A stretch of 64,000 nt of DNA from a virus. Below, in pieces: positions 31,092 to 40,057 of this stretch (position 1 is its first letter; the number at the start of each line of letters is the position of its first letter). Position numbers and translations under genes: made by a program. The DNA is taken from IMG/VR virus record IMGVR_UViG_3300022895_000010; one strand, written 5' to 3'. The notes under the pieces are model-generated. The model had not been told where the DNA came from. It was given only the letters and a program-made list of their open reading frames with translations, and did no database searches.

Positions 31092-33665
31092 ATGAAAGCA
31101 GGTGATTCTTTGCAATTCAGTTATAGAGAAAAATATAAATATACTCCTTTCACTAAAGAGGATATAAAAGAGATTCAGAACGTAATTGATTATGCTAAAG
31201 GACTCGTTATTAAAAATTCTGAATTAGCACAGGAACATGAAACGACTCTTTCCATGAAAAATGCTAATATGTATATTCAAGCTAGGACTAGAACGAATGA
31301 TAGACTTAGTGAAGCAGAGATTATCAAGATTATTAGGGATTATCAGGAGACTAATACGTATTATAAAGATTTATACGACTTACATCAAATTGATTATCTA
31401 AACTCTAGAACAGCTAAAGACTATACAATATTAAAAGCTACTATTAATAGTCTTAATAGAGAAGATAAGAACTTATTTGAAAAATGTTATTATGAATCAC
31501 TTAAATATCATCTATTAGTTACTTATACTGAAGCATTTGATAATCAACAGTATCACAGAGCATATAATGAAATGCTATTAATATTTATGACAGTCCAACG
31601 TTATATTACATATAAAATGGATTCCTACTTTAATATTGATAGTTATGATAAGAATAAGTTGAAAAATGCATTCATATCATATGGTCTAGATTACTTTGAT
31701 GGATTCCCATTGAATTATCAAAGACGTATACTTAAGAAAATCAATCAGCTAATTCAGTATAAAGGTACTAATATTGCTTTGAATGATATTCTAAGTATTT
31801 TTGGTTTTGATAATATTAAAATCTATAAATATTTATTATGTAAAGTTTATGATAGTGTAGCAGAGGATAAAAAGGACTTAATGTTCTACCGAGTACCTAT
31901 TGATGATAACTTAGATTTCAGTAAGCATTTACCTGTTACTTATGATCAAATAGTAGATAATGATCCATTCTGGCGTAGTGATAAAAAAGAATTCCTTAAT
32001 GAACCATTTAATATCTTGAATACTAAGTATTTATCAGCAGATATTTCTATGGATATCGTAAAAGAATCTTTATCTATGTCATATTTCCTTTCTTTGCTGA
32101 ACAAGATGGAAATGAATTATAAGTCTAAAGAAGAAGCAGATTTTAAGTTTTCTAACCGAAATATATCCAACCAGCCAATAGATTTAATGGATGCGATTAT
32201 AGCTTTGGCTTCAATTGCACTGCGTAGTCATGGATATAAAGATAAAATCATAAAAAATGTAGACTCTATTAACTACGTATATGGTTTTAATAATATTAAT
32301 GATAATGTAGATGTAAGGAAGTTACTAGAAGATATCCATATACTATTAATACAGAATAAACCTAGATTTAATGAGTCAGATTATGATAATCTAGAGAAAT
32401 TTATAGTTCAATTTAGAGCTAAGAACTTTGAGACTGTATTAGAAAGTGGCTATGAAGATGTAGAAACTGAATATAATTCTAGTATTGTATATAAACGTCA
32501 ATTAGATACTATTAGTAAATTAAGTAAGGTTGAAAACTTAGTTTATAAGTTCTATACAGACAACGTTATTGAAGTTCTAGATTATATTAAAGAGTTATTC
32601 ATTGATGGTAAATTCGATCCAATGTTATTTGATACTTATGTTGATATTAGAAAAATATATAAGATGTTTATCAGTGTTAAACTAAGTACTAAAGATAATA
32701 CAATGGATGATTTCTTAGGAGCAATGAAAAAGAATAAGACTATTATGGATCAATTAGATGCTCTTATTAAAGCTATTAATTTAGAAAATCTTACTGAATA
32801 TTATGATTTATATAAGAAAAATAAGGTTGGTCTAAATGATTTACTTAAGCAAACTATGAATGAAATAACTCGTCTTAGACAACTTAATTACTTTGACTTT
32901 AAATCTGATGAAGAAAGACAAGACTACTGGGTAAGAAATCCTAGAGATTATAAACATTATCCAGAGCTATGTAATTTTATTGAACTTCATTATATTAGCG
33001 ATACTCTATATAAGAACTCTTATTCAATGGAAGAATTTGTTAAGATATTCAAATATAATAACGATCTTCGATATAAATTAGAGGATATTATTGTTGAATC
33101 TAATAATTATGAGCTATATAGAAACTACTTAAAATTATGGGATATCAAGTTTATAGGAGATATTAATATTAGTTATTTCAGTGGTCATGATACTTATAGT
33201 GATTACTTAAAGAGAAAGAACTATGATTTATATGCTTTCACTCAAATGCCTGCTACTATTAAAGGCGATGAGAAACTTGAATATGAATTCTATCGTGATA
33301 AAGTATTTGAATTATGTGAGTCTATTGATAATCATATCAATGCAGGTAACATGAACTTCTTCGTTAATAACGGGTTTATAGGAATGCTTGATTATGTAAA
33401 ACGATTCATTTATATATTAATACATGTATTTAAAGCTTATACAACTCAATTATTAGAGACAAATACAGTATTATCATTCAATGATAAGACATTTAATGCG
33501 ATAAGAATGTTTGATAAAGCAAATATTAGCGGATTCTTTAAATTTAGAGAATATATCACTTTAAAAGATTTCATGAAGATGACTACTACTTATAAATTTG
33601 AAGATAATATTGAATTAAGAGATGAGATAAAGATAACTACTTTTGAAGCTGGAGAGGAAGATTAA
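31092..33665 (+). CDS. Putative baseplate wedge protein
   Basis: YKGTNIALNDILSIFG resembles the KGT motif of P2 gpI/T4 gp7-like wedge proteins. Under a late promoter. Confidence 0.5.
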   Translation: MKAGDSLQFSYREKYKYTPFTKEDIKEIQNVIDYAKGLVIKNSELAQEHETTLSMKNANMYIQARTRTNDRLSEAEIIKIIRDYQETNTYYKDLYDLHQIDYLNSRTAKDYTILKATINSLNREDKNLFEKCYYESLKYHLLVTYTEAFDNQQYHRAYNEMLLIFMTVQRYITYKMDSYFNIDSYDKNKLKNAFISYGLDYFDGFPLNYQRRILKKINQLIQYKGTNIALNDILSIFGFDNIKIYKYLLCKVYDSVAEDKKDLMFYRVPIDDNLDFSKHLPVTYDQIVDNDPFWRSDKKEFLNEPFNILNTKYLSADISMDIVKESLSMSYFLSLLNKMEMNYKSKEEADFKFSNRNISNQPIDLMDAIIALASIALRSHGYKDKIIKNVDSINYVYGFNNINDNVDVRKLLEDIHILLIQNKPRFNESDYDNLEKFIVQFRAKNFETVLESGYEDVETEYNSSIVYKRQLDTISKLSKVENLVYKFYTDNVIEVLDYIKELFIDGKFDPMLFDTYVDIRKIYKMFISVKLSTKDNTMDDFLGAMKKNKTIMDQLDALIKAINLENLTEYYDLYKKNKVGLNDLLKQTMNEITRLRQLNYFDFKSDEERQDYWVRNPRDYKHYPELCNFIELHYISDTLYKNSYSMEEFVKIFKYNNDLRYKLEDIIVESNNYELYRNYLKLWDIKFIGDINISYFSGHDTYSDYLKRKNYDLYAFTQMPATIKGDEKLEYEFYRDKVFELCESIDNHINAGNMNFFVNNGFIGMLDYVKRFIYILIHVFKAYTTQLLETNTVLSFNDKTFNAIRMFDKANISGFFKFREYITLKDFMKMTTTYKFEDNIELRDEIKITTFEAGEED

Positions 33666-33667
33666 TA

Positions 33668-34423
33668 ATGACAGAATTTAAGCAACTGCAATTTGAAGAT
33701 AATATTGATATGAAGGATGATTTTTCAAAAACGCCTGAAGGTTTTCCTAAAGCACAGATTGGTATGAAAGGTAGAGTTGTAGTAAAAGATTTCAATGGTA
33801 ACACTATTCTAGAAAAAGATAATCTTATTACACTACGTTTACGAACTTATATCTTAGAATTATTATTCGGTGTAAAACCACCTGAAGATTCTGGATATAT
33901 TAACGATCATGCACGTACTGTTTGCTTATTTAAAATAGGTCAAGGTGGAGCAGATGTAAACGGTTCTCCATTCAACCCATTAGTACCTAAATTCAGTGAT
34001 ATGGATTTATATCAAGCAGTACCATTTATCATTGAAGATCCAGATAAATATAATGACCCTAATAAGAAAGCTAATCCATCTATTGTTGAACAGATGTCTT
34101 TATTTGATAAAAATAAATACTACTTGCCAGTTGGTAGAGCAGATGGTTCTAAAGCATTCTATGGTAAAATATTCGAAGCTGATAACAACCGTTGGAGATT
34201 AAATAAATCTACTGGTGAAGTTTATCAATTATTAACAATGCGTATTGAACCAAATGAAGCTAGAGGTTTTATGATTAATGAGATCGGTTTAGTTTTAGCT
34301 AGATATGATAAAAATAATAACTCTTATGTTAATGAAGAGCTAGCAACACGTATTACCTTTGATACAGAATCACTTACTTCTCTATCTAAAGGATTAATTA
34401 TTGAATATTATGTTTATGCTTAA
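33668..34423 (+). CDS. Putative baseplate/tail-fibre attachment protein
   Basis: EKDNLIT, IGQGG, GFMINEIGL...LATRITF pattern resembles fibre-collar N-terminal domains. Confidence 0.45.
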   Translation: MTEFKQLQFEDNIDMKDDFSKTPEGFPKAQIGMKGRVVVKDFNGNTILEKDNLITLRLRTYILELLFGVKPPEDSGYINDHARTVCLFKIGQGGADVNGSPFNPLVPKFSDMDLYQAVPFIIEDPDKYNDPNKKANPSIVEQMSLFDKNKYYLPVGRADGSKAFYGKIFEADNNRWRLNKSTGEVYQLLTMRIEPNEARGFMINEIGLVLARYDKNNNSYVNEELATRITFDTESLTSLSKGLIIEYYVYA

Positions 34424-34427
34424 TACT

Positions 34428-34439
34428 AACAAATTTATA
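34428..34439 (+). promoter_or_regulatory. Late promoter motif AACA-N6-TA
   Basis: AACA-aattta-TA upstream of the RNAP gene, overlapping a hairpin at 34436-34465. Confidence 0.5.
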
Positions 34440-34485
34440 TAGGGTAGATTATTTCTACTCTATATAAATTTAATCTTAATAGGCG

Positions 34486-35700
34486 GTGATTTTGTTGAAA
34501 TCAGCAATCAAAGGTCGTTTATTATCTAAAGATGAGGTAATAGAACTACTTTCAATTAAACAAGATGATATAACTATGTCCTTATTACATGACTTGTTTG
34601 CTTATAGAAAAAATACTAACCCACGTTTTGCACCGAATGATTTCTTTTATTTAGAAAAAGGTGTTTTAGGAAACTCTGAAAGAATTAAAACTACTACTGG
34701 GAAATATATCTTTAATCTATTAGTATTATATCCTAATATCATTAAACATACTGGTTATTTCAATAGAGCTTTAGATAAAGGCGGTATTGGTAAAATCCAA
34801 TCTGATTTAGGAAGTCTAGTATTACAAAGTGTATTACCTACTGAAGAACAAGCGATATTTATTGATAAAATGCAATGGTTAGCGTTTGGTATTGCTAAGT
34901 TTATTAATGCTTCATTAACACATGAAATGTTAATTGCACCTGAAGAAGTTACTAAACGTAAAGAAGAATTAGTAGAGAAACATAAGGAAGCCTTAGAAAA
35001 AGGTGACTTAAATACAGTTAATAAAATTGAGAAAGAATTAATTGGATTAGCTAAAGGAATTATGCAAGATGTTCCTGATTATCAAATCTATGCAAGTGGT
35101 GCTAGGGGTTCATTCGGTAATAACTATAAGAATACTAGTATCATGAGGGGTGCTATTAAGAACTTAGCAGATCCAAGTAAAGTTAAAGTATCTACTACTT
35201 CTCTAGATGAAGGTATTCCACCTGAAGAATTACCATATTATGCAGATTTATTAACACAGGCATCATATCAACGTGCGGTAGGTACACAGGATGGTGGTTA
35301 TGAAGGTAAGAAATTAGGAGCGGCATTCCAAACAATTGTATTGGATGATAAAGGTACTAACTGCGGTACTAAAAAATTCCTAAAAATTATCTTAGATGGT
35401 AGATATGCTAAATTATTTCTATATAGATACATTAAAGTTGGATCTCAATTGGTATTATTAACACCTGATAATATCGATAGTTATACTAATAAAGTAGTAG
35501 AGTTAAGAAGTGCAATTTATTGTACAGGAGACCAGATTTGTAATAAATGTGCTGGTGACTTGTATTATATGATGGGTATCCGAAATGTTGGTTTATTGGC
35601 AAACCGTGTAGGAACAAGTATCTTGAATGCTTCATTAAAAGCCTTCCATGACATGTCTTTAAAAATGGTTGATTTGGATATTGATAAATATTTAGACTAA
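34486..35700 (+). CDS. RNA polymerase beta'-like subunit, C-terminal half (probably virion RNAP)
   Basis: TTTGKYIFN, SGARGS, bridge-helix-like TQDGGYEGKKL, NCGT, LRSAIYC...ICNKCAG zinc site and trigger-loop-like LKAFH. Confidence 0.85.
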   Translation: MILLKSAIKGRLLSKDEVIELLSIKQDDITMSLLHDLFAYRKNTNPRFAPNDFFYLEKGVLGNSERIKTTTGKYIFNLLVLYPNIIKHTGYFNRALDKGGIGKIQSDLGSLVLQSVLPTEEQAIFIDKMQWLAFGIAKFINASLTHEMLIAPEEVTKRKEELVEKHKEALEKGDLNTVNKIEKELIGLAKGIMQDVPDYQIYASGARGSFGNNYKNTSIMRGAIKNLADPSKVKVSTTSLDEGIPPEELPYYADLLTQASYQRAVGTQDGGYEGKKLGAAFQTIVLDDKGTNCGTKKFLKIILDGRYAKLFLYRYIKVGSQLVLLTPDNIDSYTNKVVELRSAIYCTGDQICNKCAGDLYYMMGIRNVGLLANRVGTSILNASLKAFHDMSLKMVDLDIDKYLD

Positions 35701-35808
35701 AAAAAAAATCCTAATAGTTGTTTATTTTATATAAATAGCTATTAGGTGACTCATATGTTAAAAAAAAAAATAGTAGTCTTTGTTTTTTTTTTATATAGAC
35801 TACTATTT
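35701..35808. terminator. Two tandem hairpins, each with an A tract on the left (terminators for a minus-strand transcript, possibly bidirectional)
   Basis: CCTAATAG/CTATTAGG (35710-35746) and AAATAGTAGTCT/AGACTACTATTT (35768-35808). Confidence 0.6.
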
Positions 35809-36040
35809 CCAAGTTCCCGTTCTTTATCTGTATCTTTATGACGACAATGAAATAACTTTTATATAGTTCCCTAAACTATATAATACCGATCAAGTGAGAA
35901 ATACCACCCTTTTTTCCTATTTTTCTCTATATATGTGAGATAACTATGTAGCAGGAATTAAGTTCATCCTCCTTTCCATAGCAACTAAGAAGTAATTTTA
36001 ATATTTTCTCTATTTTATTATAATATTAAACTACCTCTCC
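35760..36040 (-). ncRNA. Candidate non-coding transcript (~280 nt)
   Basis: Early motif at 36045-36058 (-) and a terminator with a U tract at 35760-35808. No convincing ORF lies between them. Confidence 0.35.
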
Positions 36041-36044
36041 TATT

Positions 36045-36084
36045 TATAATATATATTTAAAAAGGTATACAAATACATATTATA
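36045..36084. promoter_or_regulatory. Divergent pair of early-type promoter motifs
   Basis: AAATATATATTATA (-, 36045-36058) and AAATACATATTATA (+, 36071-36084). Confidence 0.55.
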
Positions 36085-36133
36085 GATTAGTATAGTTTAT
36101 AACATTTATAATTTATTTTAGGGAGATGTTTTT

Positions 36134-36424
36134 ATGGAAAGAAATGTAGCAGAAGACCAAGACATGCTTCTTTTTGTTAGAGTAGCTAATGACAACAAGA
36201 GAAGACTCATCGAAGAAAAAATCATAGCTGAGGAGAAACTTAAAGAAGAAATAAGTTTTCAAAATGCAGTAGGTAGATTTAAAAAATCAATGAATGTAGT
36301 CGGTAATGCATTCGCTTTAGGAGCAGGTGTGGTATTAGGTACTATTATAATCGATATACTATTTGATTTTAAATTTAAGCTCACTGAAAATATTATTTCA
36401 TTAGGAAACTTATTTATTGGTTAA
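36134..36424 (+). CDS. Membrane protein
   Basis: SD GGGAG and a C-terminal TM helix. Confidence 0.6.
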   Translation: MERNVAEDQDMLLFVRVANDNKRRLIEEKIIAEEKLKEEISFQNAVGRFKKSMNVVGNAFALGAGVVLGTIIIDILFDFKFKLTENIISLGNLFIG

Positions 36425-36429
36425 GGAGG

Positions 36430-36681
36430 ATGTTCAACATGTTAGCTAAAAAAGAAAGACCGTATGGTTTATTTGATGGTAAGGAAGTTAATTTAGATAA
36501 AAAATTTGATAAATTTGAGGATAAGAAAGCAAAGAATATAACTAAAGAATTTATTAAACCAAATAAAACACAGTTCAGTTTAAAGCATAAAATTATTACA
36601 GGTATACTTGCGACATTATCATTCACTATGTCAGCACTAATGATTGCAATTATATTTGCATGGATCGCTAATTATAACTAA
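36430..36681 (+). CDS. Membrane protein
   Basis: SD AAGGAGG and a C-terminal TM helix. Followed by a terminator at 36688-36724. Confidence 0.6.
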   Translation: MFNMLAKKERPYGLFDGKEVNLDKKFDKFEDKKAKNITKEFIKPNKTQFSLKHKIITGILATLSFTMSALMIAIIFAWIANYN

Positions 36682-36724
36682 TATGAAATAATCCTACAAA
36701 CTTATGTAGGATTATTTTTTTTTT

Positions 36725-36736
36725 AACAAATTATTA
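36725..36736 (+). promoter_or_regulatory. Late promoter motif AACA-N6-TA
   Basis: AACA-aattat-TA directly after a terminator and before holin-like genes. Confidence 0.5.
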
Positions 36737-36759
36737 AAAATGTATTGGAGGGGGTAAAA

Positions 36760-36981
36760 TTGTTTAAACATCTCTTGAGCGCTGATGAAATGAAGACCTC
36801 TAGTTTAGTAATATCCATGTTAATCGTTATTATAACATCTGTCTACATAGTCGTAACAAAAGGAGATTTACCTAATAACTGGTTAACACTCTTAATGTTT
36901 TTAATAGGTAGTGTTACAGGTATTAATGTAACTAATCAATTAAAGCCTAAAAATACTGAAGAAAAGGATAAAACAATTTAA
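36760..36981 (+). CDS. Two-TM holin-like protein
   Basis: TTG 36760 with SD GGAGGGGG, two TM helices and a charged C-tail. Confidence 0.5.
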   Translation: MFKHLLSADEMKTSSLVISMLIVIITSVYIVVTKGDLPNNWLTLLMFLIGSVTGINVTNQLKPKNTEEKDKTI

Positions 36982-37016
36982 TAGTCTTACTATACCATTA
37001 TAAAGGAGAGATTTAT

Positions 37017-37412
37017 ATGTCATTACAAGAAACATTAATTCTTATTGGTGTTTTATTCGCTTTTACTTTTGTATTTGTATTTGCAACTAACTTTATCTTG
37101 AAAAATAAAGATAATAAGAAATTAGTTGCAGGACTTGCTGATGCAACTCAAGTTCTTTTAGGACTTGTTAAAGTGGACGACCATAGTAAGTATAAAGTGG
37201 TAAAAGATATTGCTACTAACGTAGTTAATACAGTTGAACAAATTGCTAAAACTAAAGATGAAGGAATGACATCTGAGCAGAAGTTGGATATGGCTACTGA
37301 ATTATTCTATAACACTGTTAGTGAATTAGGAATTAAAGTAGACGTTTCAGAAGATTTCGTTCGTCATATCATCGAAGGAACTGTTCATATCTTGAACAAC
37401 ACTAAGAAATAA
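37017..37412 (+). CDS. Holin, LL-H family-like
   Basis: N-terminal TM, IA..VV..VEQ....SEQKL..A and IIEGTV pattern. Confidence 0.7.
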   Translation: MSLQETLILIGVLFAFTFVFVFATNFILKNKDNKKLVAGLADATQVLLGLVKVDDHSKYKVVKDIATNVVNTVEQIAKTKDEGMTSEQKLDMATELFYNTVSELGIKVDVSEDFVRHIIEGTVHILNNTKK

Positions 37413-37416
37413 TATA

Positions 37417-37460
37417 ATAAATATAGGATAACATTCATTTGTTATCCTATATTTATTTTT
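37417..37460. terminator. Bidirectional terminator
   Basis: AAATATAGGATAACA/TGTTATCCTATATTT between convergent genes. Confidence 0.7.
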
Positions 37461-38163
37461 ATGCATATTCTCTGACATCCACCTTAATAGGTTCAGGAGC
37501 ATCGATATCAGCAATATGAACATTGATACGTTGTTTGTTTAATACACCAGTTGTATCGTTCAATTCTCCTCTTTCAATCTTCTCAGAAAGCATTTTAAGA
37601 TTATCCATCTTCTCTTTATATCCATCATACATATCCCATTTATATTTAGATAAGAATTTCTTATAACTACCTTTAACATATTTTAAAGGTACAAATAATT
37701 TAGAACTATGAATCAACTCATGAATAGTCTTAGTAACTGGTACTAGACCAATCATATTTTGGTAATGAAGATACATTACTTCATCAGCTACTTGGAACGG
37801 ATCAATTCTTTTCTCACCTTTAATTAAACGATTTTGAATAACGATATTAACAATATCATAAAGGGTAAATGGGTAATGATGGAATTCTAATGAGACTCCT
37901 CTGATTTCTTCAGTGTCTATTTGAGGTAAGAAAGTACATCTAGTAAGGTTTAATTCATTTCTTAAGAAACCAATATAAGTACGGTATTCCATACTTGTTC
38001 TGATGATTCTTTCAATGTACTTGATAAATTTTTCAATTCTTTTTGGACTTACATTTTCAATATCAAGGAAATCCTCTTTGACATTAATGGACTCAACAAC
38101 TACTACATCATCTTCTTCTTCCCTAACATACTTTGTAGAAATATCAATTTTAGGTACTAACAT
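37459..38163 (-). CDS. HNH-like (His-rich) jumbo-phage protein, paralogue B
   Basis: LEFHHYPFTLYDIV...IGLVPVTKTIHELIH. Start set at ATG 38163 (SD GAGGTGG). Confidence 0.6.
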   Translation of the reverse strand: MLVPKIDISTKYVREEEDDVVVVESINVKEDFLDIENVSPKRIEKFIKYIERIIRTSMEYRTYIGFLRNELNLTRCTFLPQIDTEEIRGVSLEFHHYPFTLYDIVNIVIQNRLIKGEKRIDPFQVADEVMYLHYQNMIGLVPVTKTIHELIHSSKLFVPLKYVKGSYKKFLSKYKWDMYDGYKEKMDNLKMLSEKIERGELNDTTGVLNKQRINVHIADIDAPEPIKVDVREYA

Positions 38164-38196
38164 TATATCCACCTCATTTCAAATAATTTTATTATC

Positions 38197-38218
38197 AAAT
38201 ACATATTATAAAAATGTT
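38197..38218. promoter_or_regulatory. Overlapping early (+) and late (-) promoter motifs
   Basis: AAATACATATTATA (+, 38197-38210) and AACAtttttaTA (-, 38207-38218). Confidence 0.5.
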
Positions 38219-38256
38219 TATTAGTATAATATATAGTTTATAGGAGGAATTTTTTA

Positions 38257-38799
38257 ATGGTAAGAAAACTTAGAGTATATAGTGATGCGGCAAGCTTTAA
38301 TAATGGTAGAAAGAAGAAAGATGTTATTTCTTTAGGTTCTTTTGCTACTATTGTTGTAGATGAAAACAATGAAATTATATTTGAAGATGTTAAATGCTAT
38401 AAAGAAGTTACTAATGCATACTGCGAGTTAGCAGGAGCTACAGTTGGATTGAACAAATTAATTAATGATATAGCTGTCGACAATGAGAGATATCAAGTAG
38501 AAGTTATTACCGATGCTCAATATGTTGTAAATGGCGCTAATGATACAATAACTAAATGGATGCGTAATGGTTGGAAAAATTGGGTAGGAGAACCTGTAGC
38601 TAATAAGGATCTTTGGCAGTTTTTACAATCTGTAAGACATTCTAAAAGAAATGTAATAGTGAAATTTAAATGGCTTAAAGGTCATAAAGGTAAAGACATA
38701 AGTATTGAAGAAGACGTAGATGTTTACTTCAACGAATATTGTGATACAAAAGCTACTGGTGCGATTGCAGAAGCTAAAAAATTATTAGGATTAGAATAG
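38257..38799 (+). CDS. rnhA: Ribonuclease HI
   Basis: YSDAAS, TNAYCEL, TDAQYV, W..NGW...V.NKDLW, WLKGH and NEYCD motifs. Confidence 0.9.
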   Translation: MVRKLRVYSDAASFNNGRKKKDVISLGSFATIVVDENNEIIFEDVKCYKEVTNAYCELAGATVGLNKLINDIAVDNERYQVEVITDAQYVVNGANDTITKWMRNGWKNWVGEPVANKDLWQFLQSVRHSKRNVIVKFKWLKGHKGKDISIEEDVDVYFNEYCDTKATGAIAEAKKLLGLE

Positions 38800-38810
38800 G
38801 AGCGATTAAA

Positions 38811-39290
38811 ATGAATTTATTTTCTACTGATTATTTCAAAGTAGCGATGGCATTATTTGTCATCTCTCTTTTTTTTGTGTTTATTTCTGAGTATTTATAT
38901 GAAAGAAGAGCTAGAAGAGAACGTCAACAAGCAAATGCAGTAAAAAAAGAAACTAAGAATTTTGGGAACATAGAAAACTTTAAATCACACATTGAGAATG
39001 TTAATTACTTAATAGAATTTGTATGTAGAAATCAATATAAGAAAGTAATGTTACCACTCGTTCAGAAGCAGAGAGATGGAATGGGAATGATAATGGACGA
39101 TGAATTTGATGCAATAACTGCTGAGAGTATTCGAAGGGTTATTGAAATGATATCAGATGAATATAAAGTGGAAATATATAAATTTATTAATAAGGATAGA
39201 TTCTATTATTTAGTAGCAGAGACCACTATTGAAATACTATCCGATTTAGCCAATCAATTAAATGAGAAAGCAATACGAAAAATGGGCTAA
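38811..39290 (+). CDS. Membrane-anchored hypothetical protein
   Basis: SD AGGAG and an N-terminal TM helix. Confidence 0.6.
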   Translation: MNLFSTDYFKVAMALFVISLFFVFISEYLYERRARRERQQANAVKKETKNFGNIENFKSHIENVNYLIEFVCRNQYKKVMLPLVQKQRDGMGMIMDDEFDAITAESIRRVIEMISDEYKVEIYKFINKDRFYYLVAETTIEILSDLANQLNEKAIRKMG

Positions 39291-39323
39291 AAAAAAAATA
39301 AGACTTGTAATAAGTCTTATTTT
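39291..39323. terminator. Bidirectional terminator
   Basis: AAAATAAGACTT/AAGTCTTATTTT between convergent genes. Confidence 0.65.
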
Positions 39324-40053
39324 AATTTAATACGTAACCAGTGGTTTCAACGATACCATAGTTACTAATACGTTGTTTATATTCAGCTACACTCTCATTA
39401 GAGTTCTTAGGAACGTAAACATCGATTTTGTATTTATTATCTGATACTTCTCTTAAGTATTGTGGATTACCAGTATCTAAAACAGTATATGTACCATAAC
39501 CATCTATACTGATTTCAGTATTAAATGGGAAGTTATTTGATGCGATAACACCATGAGAAAGGTCTGCACCGCTTGCAGTAGCGTTTCCATTACCAGCACC
39601 GTTTTCGTCATCACCAGAACCATAGAATGATAATACTAAACCGATTTGTTTACCATTCTTTGACTCTTCACCTTTTTTAACGGATTCAGAAGAAGAAGAA
39701 GAAGAGCTAGCAGTTTCCTTCTTGCTAGCCTTCAATTCTTCAATCTTATCCTCAAGTTCTTTGATCTTCTTAAAGAGGTCTTCTCTCTCCATTAATAGAT
39801 CATTTCGTTCAGTACCAATGTTTTTATAGTCTTCTTCTAAGGCATTTTTATCCTTAATGACTTTATCAATAGTCCCTGAATAATTCTCTTCCATCGTACT
39901 CTTCTCTAATTTCCACTCTGTAACAGCTTTGTTATACCTTTCATTATCGTCATAAATTATACCTGCTGTAAGAAGTACATTAGCGAGGAAAGCAACCACC
40001 AATATAATTATAGTTGTTCTACTACGTCTAGACATCGAATCATTCCTTTTCAA
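39322..40053 (-). CDS. Membrane-anchored coiled-coil protein with 3D (lytic transglycosylase-like) domain
   Basis: TM helix, coiled coil, Ser linker, then TASG..IASN.FPF.T..I.GYG.Y.VLDTG...IDVY. Confidence 0.7.
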   Translation of the reverse strand: MKRNDSMSRRSRTTIIILVVAFLANVLLTAGIIYDDNERYNKAVTEWKLEKSTMEENYSGTIDKVIKDKNALEEDYKNIGTERNDLLMEREDLFKKIKELEDKIEELKASKKETASSSSSSSESVKKGEESKNGKQIGLVLSFYGSGDDENGAGNGNATASGADLSHGVIASNNFPFNTEISIDGYGTYTVLDTGNPQYLREVSDNKYKIDVYVPKNSNESVAEYKQRISNYGIVETTGYVLN

Positions 40054-40057
40054 TAGA

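Noticed and set aside
21901-35700. Group I introns or inteins in RNAP genes, as occur in AR9
   Set aside because: Both ORFs are continuous with expected motif spacing. No intein termini or intron-sized gaps are present.
35700-36130. tRNA, or a known riboswitch, in the large intergenic gap
   Set aside because: No cloverleaf, T-loop consensus or recognisable aptamer was found. The region is kept only as a candidate ncRNA.
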